A stretch of DNA of 25,753 bases from a virus (taxonomy: Duplodnaviria > Caudoviricetes), in the IMG/VR virus record IMGVR_UViG_3300044724_003169, positions 1 to 25,753 of that record; one strand, 5' to 3'. Numbering within the stretch: the first letter of the stretch is position 1; each line of letters opens with the position of its first letter. The notes under the pieces were generated by a model. The model saw only the letters and a program-made list of their open reading frames with translations. It did no database searches and had not been told where the DNA came from. The position numbers were made by a program, and so were the translations under genes. This document shows, piece after piece, positions 17,801 through 25,753 of this stretch.

Positions 17801-18422
17801 AGGACAGGTTTACAAATTCAACACCAATATAGACGGCACAGGTGATGTAGGTATTAGAAGATTATCATTTAGCGTAGGTTTCAATGATAGTGGTACATTG
17901 CAAGGATTGTCATCAGGTGCAGGTGGTACAATAGACTCATTATACGAAGATGTTGCGACAAGACCTATCGGAGATAATGCAAATATAATCGCAGATGCAA
18001 GAGCAGCCAATGGTATTGTTACTGGTGTAGAGGTCATAGATAGTGGCTTTGGATATCAACACAATGCCAATTTAACATTACAATCTACCAATTCTCAGAA
18101 TCAAATAGTCGTCAGTGGCGTAGCTAATGTTGCGACTACAGGTGTAGGACCTGGATATTGGTCTTCTAAAGAAGCATTTTTGAATACTAAATACATACAT
18201 GATAACGATTTTTATCAATCACATTCATATGTAATTGAGTCTGGGTTGTCTTTAAATAAATATAGAGACATACTTTTACAGTCAACTCACATTGCAGGAA
18301 CGAGGTTGTTTGGTAGAGTAATAAAAGAAAGCATTGCAAACGTAAGTGTCACATTCTCTAATACACAAGTACAGAGAATATACAGTAGCAATGGAGACAT
18401 AATAGAAACGGTAAACACGTAA
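14841..18422 (+). CDS. gp7: Baseplate wedge initiator, gp7-like, with long beta-rich insertions
   Basis: N-terminal QFPAFY.EE...F.EFIRAYYEYL and IKNIMDFYRAKGT..AVQLLFRLLFDE; C-terminal IHDNDFYQSHSYVIES.....KYRDIL....HIAGTRLFG. Lies between gp6 and gp8. Confidence 0.82.
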   Translation: MREIEDNISLFVKEQFPAFYSEEGQIFQEFIRAYYEYLQQDNNTLDVSRNLLQYNDIDSTTGQFLEHFKATYLSQLPGLVKADDRLTIKNIMDFYRAKGTPRAVQLLFRLLFDESAEIKYPSDDVLKPSASDFKLPRYIETYASDLNKLIELEGLEVVGASSGAKAFVESISTKLLNKVKVHVLTLSNLRGNFIRGEIVAKSSDGIQDDMPVVTGSLSDIEITLGGSDNKIGDTFDILASSGKQGRARVTSISAATGLVDFQLANGGFGFSKDSNVTFTDVNDQNLQVNNVINAAQTYSNTFTGNTHANGDVNVAAPFDSIIYRIEDAEFFRFETVEQKVEKISILSATDFNNDLSAYNAANDTNHWTYATASVDEAKTPIVRGKDSDGNIIANGYLIGSSTGTGTNELTVALTSGSFGNQATATINLASNTHGFVVNEGIDEENAISLTIQNTSGSFSVGDVVQGDESGANGIVVSVNATTMVLNGSFGKWSSNDNVQDVTSGLANTANVTNIDITTAGANGIVSQSNVTHVVINEVIGQWNDDKKIKGRRTNAIAITNTVSITGVSDVMFMANADSNGIADVFSNVSVTAQVIGSNSENVGFKTTRYSNGSLASFHNSAAAFIKGRDSNTYANIVAVGSGQGANFNIGTLENEDPITIYTDFIGENNVANCAYLDCLIDGGNSGIGFVDSCNVVSGGLGYQQGAEIIFSNGGEGGGPPTVNAVATISVDSNGTILSTTVTNQGAGFFTESTATLPATSGDVATVTGNFDFGYGFPKDQDGDYTTILDKVLTRISGNVGTISSFSQINPGNNYNFDPFVSVYTPGIAKYNRRDIVVNLSDMNTTAAGELRDFVIGETINQTVTFQSQVLTVSGGFTLSFNNSAADATANNSQIEDLIGGSVIQSVNASTDILGEMVSGNSTSLTVTNLRKRIEDGNNNFTFDVSNPTPFTQNSIIFGDPSQGDANIASIAATVDGLGTVSQSSVAKGQVYKFNTNIDGTGDVGIRRLSFSVGFNDSGTLQGLSSGAGGTIDSLYEDVATRPIGDNANIIADARAANGIVTGVEVIDSGFGYQHNANLTLQSTNSQNQIVVSGVANVATTGVGPGYWSSKEAFLNTKYIHDNDFYQSHSYVIESGLSLNKYRDILLQSTHIAGTRLFGRVIKESIANVSVTFSNTQVQRIYSSNGDIIETVNT

Positions 18423-20599
18423 TGGGAAAATTAGTAACAACAAATTTTAATTCACACAATGCAAAGCAATTTGTAGAGTCACTTGATGAGACTGCAAACA
18501 GTTTATATTATGTATTCATAGGAAAGCATGATCCGTTTACTGAAACAGGATTTAATGATAACACTCCTCCGACTCAAAACAATTCGCCAGAAAATGCTTT
18601 TTATCAACCATACAGGGACATGATATATGGTAAGCAGGTAACTACATCTGACATAAAACATATGATTGCAAACAATGAATGGTCAGCCAATACTGTGTAT
18701 GCTCAGTATGATCATAGAGATGGCAATCTTAAAGATAAAAATTTCTTTGTGCATGTACAAGAAGCTAATAATGATTATAGTGTGTTTAAATGTTTAGGAA
18801 ACAATAAGGGTACCCCATCAACTGACAAACCAACAGCGTCAGAGACATCAGCTAACGACGATATCTACATCACCACGACTGATCGATATCAATGGAAACT
18901 TATGTATGAGATACCTTTATCAACATACAACAAATTTGTTACATCTAAGAAAATACCACTTATAGAGGATTCCGTTATTACCTCTAATGCTGTATCAGGA
19001 GCTATAGACTTTGTAACAGTTAACAGTGGAGGCAGTAGATATAATAGTGTTGCAAATGGTGTTATAAAAGTTACTAACGTTGGTGGAAACTCTAGAATGA
19101 TTGAGATAGAATCATTAGTGAGTGCTAACGTAACATACTCTCAAACGAACACTTTTGTAAGTGGTACATTTGGTATTGAAAGAGTTGATCTATTAGGAAA
19201 ACATTCTAACGGAGATCTATTTGATAGCAACAATGCTCCCAACTTAATTAATAACATTGCTAATGCTGTAACAATTGAAGCAAACACATCACAGCTAAGA
19301 GTCGTAGACATTGCTGGAAACTTCTTTGGAAACACTGACGTCGTAGTAGTGAGAGGACAAACTACTAATGCTACTTCATTAATAACAGACTTAGTATCAG
19401 ACACCTCTACTCTATCAGCTAATACAGATTTCTATAAAGGATCAACGTTTTACATTACCGCTGGATCAGGAGCAGGCGCTGCTGCATCAATAAGCGAATA
19501 TATTGTCACAGGATCTGCAAGAAGAGTTTTACTTGCAAATGATCAAGGTTTTGCAAATACAACTGGCATGATTGTTGATACTACTTCAAGATTTGAAATA
19601 ACACCATCAGTTACAATATCAGGTGATGGTTCAGGTGCTGAAGGTAGAGCAATTGTAAACACATCTATTGGAGCAATTGACACAATTGAAATTACAAAAA
19701 GAGGTCAAGGATACACTTTTGCTGATGCTACAATTATAGGAAACACTGGAATAGTAAGCAGCCTGCAAGCTAACAACGCAAACGTGACAGTCATTATTGG
19801 ACCTAAAGGTGGCCATGGATCCGATCCAATTAATGAACTATACTCAGACACAGTAGGAATATCCGTAGACTTTGCAAACAGCGAAGGTGGAAACATTCCA
19901 GCTAACAATGACTTTAGACAGATAGGTATAGTAAAAGATCCTTTGTTTAGTAATTGTACAATAACTTTAGCTAACACATTAACCACAGATGGAGGAACTA
20001 CTGGTGGCCAATCGTTCCAGGACGAAGAAGTGGTCATTCAAACTACAACTGGTGCGTTTGGTGTAGTCTCAACAAGAGCTACAGGTTCAATTAATTTATC
20101 TAATGTGTATGGTCAATTTGTAACATCTGCAGCAGGAAACACTACACATAGAATTGTTGGCCAGACTTCAAACACATCATCTACAATATCTGACTTTCAA
20201 ACAAATGAGAGAAGCACGTCAAACTTTTCTACATTTGATCAAAGATTTAGATTGACTGGATTTGCTCAAACTACTACAGATGCAGCATTTTCAATAGATG
20301 AACCGGTTATTCAGGCAAGTACTAATGCGACAGGTATAGTACATAGCATAAATACTGGAGCAGGAGCAGCTGTGCTTACTATTACAAACAAAAAAGGTAA
20401 TTGGTTAGCATCAGATGCTGTTAGTGGTACAGACTATACATTTGACGGAAGTTTAAGTGGAGGTGCAGGAACTTTTCAAGATACTGCTGGACCGGATATA
20501 GTACCAAACACTGGGGAGATTGTTTACTTAGAAAACGTTTCTCCAATAACAAGATCAGATGATCAAACAGAACGAATTAAACTAATGATTGAGTTTTAG
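18422..20599 (+). CDS. gp8: Baseplate wedge subunit, gp8-like
   Basis: YYVFIGK, VFKCLGNN.G.PSTDKPT, DRYQWKLMYEI, IIGPKGGHGSDPINEL, NDFRQIGIVKDP and TGEIVYLENVSPITRSDDQTERIKLMIEF motifs. Confidence 0.88.
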   Translation: MGKLVTTNFNSHNAKQFVESLDETANSLYYVFIGKHDPFTETGFNDNTPPTQNNSPENAFYQPYRDMIYGKQVTTSDIKHMIANNEWSANTVYAQYDHRDGNLKDKNFFVHVQEANNDYSVFKCLGNNKGTPSTDKPTASETSANDDIYITTTDRYQWKLMYEIPLSTYNKFVTSKKIPLIEDSVITSNAVSGAIDFVTVNSGGSRYNSVANGVIKVTNVGGNSRMIEIESLVSANVTYSQTNTFVSGTFGIERVDLLGKHSNGDLFDSNNAPNLINNIANAVTIEANTSQLRVVDIAGNFFGNTDVVVVRGQTTNATSLITDLVSDTSTLSANTDFYKGSTFYITAGSGAGAAASISEYIVTGSARRVLLANDQGFANTTGMIVDTTSRFEITPSVTISGDGSGAEGRAIVNTSIGAIDTIEITKRGQGYTFADATIIGNTGIVSSLQANNANVTVIIGPKGGHGSDPINELYSDTVGISVDFANSEGGNIPANNDFRQIGIVKDPLFSNCTITLANTLTTDGGTTGGQSFQDEEVVIQTTTGAFGVVSTRATGSINLSNVYGQFVTSAAGNTTHRIVGQTSNTSSTISDFQTNERSTSNFSTFDQRFRLTGFAQTTTDAAFSIDEPVIQASTNATGIVHSINTGAGAAVLTITNKKGNWLASDAVSGTDYTFDGSLSGGAGTFQDTAGPDIVPNTGEIVYLENVSPITRSDDQTERIKLMIEF

Positions 20600-20607
20600 A
20601 GGAACAA

Positions 20608-23600
20608 ATGGGAATAGAAACAGACTTAAATGTAAATCCGTATTACGACGACTTTGATGAGACAAAAGATTATCATAGAGTGTTGTTTAAGCCAGCAGTG
20701 CCTCTGCAAGCTAGGGAACTGACTCAGTTACAAACTATACTTCAAAATCAGATTGAGAAGTTTGGACAGTTTAATTTAAAAGAAGGATCAATAGTAAAAG
20801 GATGTGGCTTTACATATACTAATGATATCAAGTATGCAAAGATACTAGACAAAACTTCTTCAGGCACAGACATAAACATTAACTTGTTTGGTGAAGGTGA
20901 TTTCATAAGAGATAATTCAAACCTAGTATCAAGAATTGTTTCTACATCAGGTGGTTTAGAATCTCAAAACCCAGATCTAAACACATTATTCTTTAATTAC
21001 ATCAACACTGGAAATACAGCTAATAAAAAAGCATATGCACCAGCAGACGAAGTAGAAATATATCCTGCAAGCACTGGCATAACTAATGTAGTGTTCACAG
21101 GTATTCCTAACGATGTTTTTGTAACCAATACTGATTCTATATCAGTAACATCAAATTTAAAAGGGTCAGGTTTATCTGGTCATGTAGTTACTACAGACGG
21201 AACCAACCAATACTTATCAGCAAACATCACTGCCAATGGCACAGGATTCAGCGTTGATGATTTACCCTCAGCTACAATCGTAGCATCTAATGGTGGAGTG
21301 TTTACACAAGGCAACTCAACATCAAACACCATATATGATTTTGCTAATGCAATATCTAATGGACAGATAACAGTAGAAGTAACGCTTAATAAAAGCGGCA
21401 ATGTTACAATAGCCAATACAGAGTTTCAAAATTCTAATGCAGAGTTTAACGTATTAGGAAGTGCCTTCCAGATGAAAGTACAAGATGGCGTCATTTTCCA
21501 AAAAGGTACCTTCCAACGTTTTGCAGAACAAAGTATTATTGTATCTAAGTATTCTAGCAGACCTAATGAAGTGTCTGTAGGTGTAACAACTCAAGAGTCA
21601 TTTGTTAACAGTAGTATCGATACATCTTTACTTGACAACGCTTCTGGCTTTGCTAATGAAAATGCACCTGGTGCAGATAGATTAAAATTACAGCCAACAC
21701 TGGTAGTAAACACTACTGCAGATGCTGTAACATCAAACAACTTCTTAAGACTAGTTGAGTTCCAATTTGGTTTACCAGTTAAGTTAAATACCAAAGCTCA
21801 GCTTTCTGGTCTAGGAGAAGTTATCGAACAAAGACTTTATGAGACAAGTGGAGACTATGTTATTGAACCGCTTGCTATTGGTACAGAAACAATAAGAGGT
21901 AACACTACTCACTTTTCAGTAGCTGTAGGTGCTGGTATAGGATATAATAAAGGTCAGCGTTTTGAGTTAATTAATACAAATAGAATCTCTCATCAAAAAG
22001 CTACAAAATCATTAAGCATACCAAATCAAGAAATTTCTATAAACTATGGCAACTATGTTGAAGTAGATGAGTATGCTGGACAGTTTGGAATAAAAACAAA
22101 CGATAGAGTTCTTTTAATGGGTGCTGCATTTAACTCTGTAAGCGCAGCAAACGGATCAACTTACGATATATCATCAAACACTATTGCTGGATTTAATGAT
22201 ACAAATAAAACATTAACATATGCAGGTACGTCAGGCAATGTAGTGGGTTCTGCAAGAGTTAGAGCAATGGAAACATTGTCATCTGATACTTCTAAGAGCA
22301 CTTCTAAATTTAATCTATACATTTACGATATACAAATGGAGCCAGGTAAATCATTTGTTAAGAATGCAAAGAGCTTATTCCATTATAGTGGCACAGAATA
22401 TACAGGTACAAATTCACAAACAAATTTAACTCATAGAGGAATAGCTGACTTAGTTCTCAATTCTAGCGGTGAAGCTAAAATATTAGATCAACAAGCTCAA
22501 GACAGAGATATGGTATTCTCTGTTGGTCAGGTAGGAATTAAATCAATATCTAACAATGCAAGTTTTACTTTTGAAGATAGCACTGATGGTTCATTTGATG
22601 GTACTGGATCTGCAACATTTGAAAAAGACGGTACACAAAATTGGAACTTTGGAACAGCTGACACAACTTTAACAGAAGCCCAAGAAAATGATCTTTTATT
22701 AATTTCAAACACTACAATCGTTTCAACAACAGAAAATGATCCAAACACAATAACTGATGGAACAACAAAGATTACATCTGTAGATGTATCAGATATTTTT
22801 GAAGGCGATTACATTAGAGTAGCTAACTCATCAGCTAACGCTGGAATATTCCAAGTTGTTCAAAAAGGCGGTACTAATTTAATCGTCGACAGAAATGTTC
22901 CTGCTAGTTCTAATCAATCAATTAGTATAGCATATCCTAAAGGAAGAGCAATACCACTTAAAAATAGATCAACAGCTTCAGCAGCTTTATCAGGATCAGG
23001 ACAAACATTAACTGTAAATCTTGGAAGAAATTTTGGTTCTAGCTGGACTGCTGACTTAATACATAAAACAAAAGAAACTAGTTCACCTGGTATAACAAAA
23101 CAATATAAGACTTCAGAGACAGTAATATATCCAGCAAACAATGAAGCTAACACAGTCGGTCCATGGTCTCTAGGTATACCAGATGGCCATGAATTAGTAT
23201 CAGTTTATGCTTCAGATAATACTATTGTTCAAGGAAGCAATGCCATAGCCAATGCAATAGCTAATGGAACAATGTCTGATAAGACACGAGAATTTGATTT
23301 GCTTAATGGCCAAAAAGGTTCTAAGTATGGATTATCTAAATTAAAATTAACTCCTGGTAGTACGTATACTATAAATTCAAGTGGAACTATAGCTGCTACA
23401 TTTAGACATTTTGTAAACGATTCAGTCGGCGGATATGCATCATTTAGATCATATGCTGCTTTAATTGATGACACTCAAACATTATCTACTAAAATACAAA
23501 CACAAGACATCCCAGTTTTAAAATCTGATATATCTGGTATTGATTATTCTTTAAGAGACTGCATTGATTTTAGACCATATGTTTCAGCTACAGGTACTGT

Positions 23601-25753
23601 AGAGGGTACTTTCTTAGATGCGGATGCATCTGTAAACCCATCTTCAGTAGAACAAATTTCTGGTAATACAATAACATCTTCTCCTAATAGATTGTGGAGC
23701 AGTAGTATTGAATACTACCTACCAAGAAGAGATTCATTAATTATACAGGATGGAAACCTTTCAATAGTATATGGACAGTCTAGCGTTAACCCAGAGCTTC
23801 CAACTATTCCATCAGACTCTATGCAACTCGGAACCTTAAATGTTCCAGTATATCCATCTCTAGATTCAGTAATGGCTTCTATTTCTAGAAGACCTGACTT
23901 GGCTGTAAAGATATCTTCATCACAGTTAAAAAGATATACAATGAGCGATATAAAAACTATCGATCAAAGAGTTGATAATTTAGAATACTACAGTTCATTA
24001 AACCTTTTAGAAAAAAGAACATCAAAAGAAGTAATGCCACAGAGATCAGATCCATTATCTGATAGGTTTAAAAACGGATTCATGGTAGATAATTTTGTAA
24101 AACCTACAACAGGTAATCCATTAAACACTGAATATAAAGCAGGTTTTGATACTGCAAGAGCTTTACTTACACCTAGATTTGAAAAGTATAATATAGATTT
24201 AGTACTATCTAGTGGCGGCCGTGCAAGACAAATAGGTGATTCAGTCATGACGGATCACAAGGTAAGAAGAATTATTCAACAACCAAATGCTACACAAAGT
24301 AGAAAATGTACATCAGCATTCTGGCAATACAATGGTACAGTTCAATTATATCCAGACTATCTTAATCATGTAGATGAGACACAGAGCCCTGAGGTTCAAA
24401 TTGATATTGACGTTGCAACGGGCACTCTATCATTATTAGATGAACTGAGTAAAATGCTTCCATTACAGACTACAGAAACAGAAATAATTTCTGAGGATAA
24501 AACCAAAACATTACTTGACTCTGTTGTAAATCCAGGTGGATTAACAGCTACAGAAACATATGAAATTGTTACTACAACAGAGATTGAAGAGACCAACAAA
24601 GGACTCACAGGCGATGTATCTACAACTAGAAAAAGAGTTGGTGAGTTTGTTACTGATATATCATTCCAGCCATACATACCTGGTATAGATATTAGATTTA
24701 TTGCTACAGGATTGAGACCAGGATTAAGACATTACGTATACTTTGATAACGTAGATGTAAATGCAAAGGTTGCACCTGGCAAAATTGCAACTCATATACA
24801 ACCTAATTTAGACCCTCTTCAAATTGCATCTGCTCAAAACATTAAAGCATTAATTAGAAGAAAGAATTCATTTGGTTCTGCATTAACAGCAAACACTACA
24901 GGAGGATTGTCTGGTATCTTTAGAATACCTGCAGCTACATTCTTTGCAGGTGAAAGAAAATTTGCAATTACTGATGTATCGAACCTATCTCAAATGGGCG
25001 ATACTGTATCAGCAGCTTCTACTAAATTCAATTGCTTTAACTTTGGATTAAGCAAGACCGTTGTTACTCAAACTACGAGACAACCAATACTATCATCAAC
25101 AGAGACATCAAATATCTATCAAGCAATAAGCAACACTATTGTTGAAGAGGTAGTTACATTACCAGTCGACGATGATGGAGGCGGTCAAGCAAATGATGAT
25201 CCTATTGTAATACCACCTGATGAGGATGGTGGAATTAGAGAAATATGCGAACAGTTCCATAGAGAGGATCTTACTATCTTTGAGGAGAACCTTAGAGGAG
25301 GAAGAGGGTTTAAGAAAGTTATCCCTATAAGAGTACATGATTGTGAGATATGTACAGATTCAGTTGTACAGGATTTAAGAAACTGGGACATGAATTCTCA
25401 TAATAGAGATATGAGTAGGGCTCCTAGAGAAGGAGCACATTATAGATGCGCACAATATATTGATCCATTAGCACAAACATTTAAGCTTCAAGAATCAATG
25501 TTTGCTGGTGCACCTTACGGTTATATAAAATCTGTTGATGTTGCATTTGCTAAAAAACATTCAACTCTAGGATGTACAGTTGAGATCAGAGAGGTAGTCA
25601 ATGGAGTACCGGGTTCAAACATACTACCATTTGGTCAGACAATGCTAAAATCAAATCAGATAGTTACATCAACGGACGGAGCAGCACTTACAAGAATAAA
25701 CTTTAAAGCACCCGTAGGTGTAGAAACTAATAAAGAGTATTGCTTTGTAATAA
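20608..25753 (+). CDS. Large virion structural protein, VrlC / DUF4815-like, 3'-partial (>1715 aa; missing from the ORF track)
   Basis: Translated by hand from the ATG at 20608 (GAGG SD): MGIETDLNVNPYYDDFDETKDYHRVLFKPAVPLQARELTQLQTILQNQIEKFG. Later in the same frame are NAPGADRLKL, LRDCIDFRP, EYYLPRRD, KRYTMSDI....QRVDNLEYYSSLNLLE, DRFKNGFMVDNF and DPLAQTF. No stop was seen in the stretches checked, and the frame is open at the window edge (...KEYCFVI). Confidence 0.9.
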   Translation, partial: MGIETDLNVNPYYDDFDETKDYHRVLFKPAVPLQARELTQLQTILQNQIEKFGQFNLKEGSIVKGCGFTYTNDIKYAKILDKTSSGTDININLFGEGDFIRDNSNLVSRIVSTSGGLESQNPDLNTLFFNYINTGNTANKKAYAPADEVEIYPASTGITNVVFTGIPNDVFVTNTDSISVTSNLKGSGLSGHVVTTDGTNQYLSANITANGTGFSVDDLPSATIVASNGGVFTQGNSTSNTIYDFANAISNGQITVEVTLNKSGNVTIANTEFQNSNAEFNVLGSAFQMKVQDGVIFQKGTFQRFAEQSIIVSKYSSRPNEVSVGVTTQESFVNSSIDTSLLDNASGFANENAPGADRLKLQPTLVVNTTADAVTSNNFLRLVEFQFGLPVKLNTKAQLSGLGEVIEQRLYETSGDYVIEPLAIGTETIRGNTTHFSVAVGAGIGYNKGQRFELINTNRISHQKATKSLSIPNQEISINYGNYVEVDEYAGQFGIKTNDRVLLMGAAFNSVSAANGSTYDISSNTIAGFNDTNKTLTYAGTSGNVVGSARVRAMETLSSDTSKSTSKFNLYIYDIQMEPGKSFVKNAKSLFHYSGTEYTGTNSQTNLTHRGIADLVLNSSGEAKILDQQAQDRDMVFSVGQVGIKSISNNASFTFEDSTDGSFDGTGSATFEKDGTQNWNFGTADTTLTEAQENDLLLISNTTIVSTTENDPNTITDGTTKITSVDVSDIFEGDYIRVANSSANAGIFQVVQKGGTNLIVDRNVPASSNQSISIAYPKGRAIPLKNRSTASAALSGSGQTLTVNLGRNFGSSWTADLIHKTKETSSPGITKQYKTSETVIYPANNEANTVGPWSLGIPDGHELVSVYASDNTIVQGSNAIANAIANGTMSDKTREFDLLNGQKGSKYGLSKLKLTPGSTYTINSSGTIAATFRHFVNDSVGGYASFRSYAALIDDTQTLSTKIQTQDIPVLKSDISGIDYSLRDCIDFRPYVSATGTVEGTFLDADASVNPSSVEQISGNTITSSPNRLWSSSIEYYLPRRDSLIIQDGNLSIVYGQSSVNPELPTIPSDSMQLGTLNVPVYPSLDSVMASISRRPDLAVKISSSQLKRYTMSDIKTIDQRVDNLEYYSSLNLLEKRTSKEVMPQRSDPLSDRFKNGFMVDNFVKPTTGNPLNTEYKAGFDTARALLTPRFEKYNIDLVLSSGGRARQIGDSVMTDHKVRRIIQQPNATQSRKCTSAFWQYNGTVQLYPDYLNHVDETQSPEVQIDIDVATGTLSLLDELSKMLPLQTTETEIISEDKTKTLLDSVVNPGGLTATETYEIVTTTEIEETNKGLTGDVSTTRKRVGEFVTDISFQPYIPGIDIRFIATGLRPGLRHYVYFDNVDVNAKVAPGKIATHIQPNLDPLQIASAQNIKALIRRKNSFGSALTANTTGGLSGIFRIPAATFFAGERKFAITDVSNLSQMGDTVSAASTKFNCFNFGLSKTVVTQTTRQPILSSTETSNIYQAISNTIVEEVVTLPVDDDGGGQANDDPIVIPPDEDGGIREICEQFHREDLTIFEENLRGGRGFKKVIPIRVHDCEICTDSVVQDLRNWDMNSHNRDMSRAPREGAHYRCAQYIDPLAQTFKLQESMFAGAPYGYIKSVDVAFAKKHSTLGCTVEIREVVNGVPGSNILPFGQTMLKSNQIVTSTDGAALTRINFKAPVGVETNKEYCFVI

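Noticed and set aside
14841-18422. N-X-S/T sequon enrichment in gp7
   Set aside because: A rough manual count (about a fifth of Asn) is close to what the high S+T content predicts; only the A/S-N bias was kept.
11658-25391. Many - strand ORFs (61-189 aa) inside the baseplate genes, including those at 21180-25391
   Set aside because: They are antisense shadows. The 20608-25753 region is explained by one long + strand ORF that the track omitted because it has no stop in the window.
25141-25461. Possible intein in the VrlC-like protein
   Set aside because: Too short, and it lacks the N-terminal C-F/L block and the terminal HN-C/S/T motif.
1-25753. tRNA, CRISPR array, intron or diversity-generating retroelement
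   Set aside because: The window is almost fully coding, with gaps under 50 nt; no repeat-spacer array, RT gene or interrupted gene was seen.

Overview
AT-rich fragment of a T4-like myovirus genome (marine T4-like / cyanophage- or pelagiphage-style gene order; the host cannot be determined from this window). It opens with a partial glycosyltransferase and the replication/late-transcription genes gp33-gp59-gp32 on the + strand. A convergent - strand block follows: gp4, gp2, gp54-like, gp26, small gp51, an EF-hand membrane protein and a gp29-like tape measure. A long + strand baseplate operon fills the rest: gp48, gp53, gp27-like hub, gp5 spike, a hypothetical protein, gp25, gp6, gp7, gp8, and a >1700-aa VrlC/DUF4815-like structural protein that starts at 20608, runs off the window and is missing from the ORF track. 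Several T4 late-promoter motifs (NATAAATA) are present. The most interesting signal is a candidate programmed -1 frameshift (T TTT TTT plus a downstream hairpin) that would fuse gp26 to gp51, in the tail tube-like / chaperone / tape measure position where lambda has its G/GT frameshift. Also notable: a 10-nt-periodic repeat in the gp32 leader, two probably leaderless late transcripts, and a lysozyme-less gp5 that ends in an HxH motif with no PAAR gene next to it. All family assignments are from motif recognition and synteny, not from database searches.
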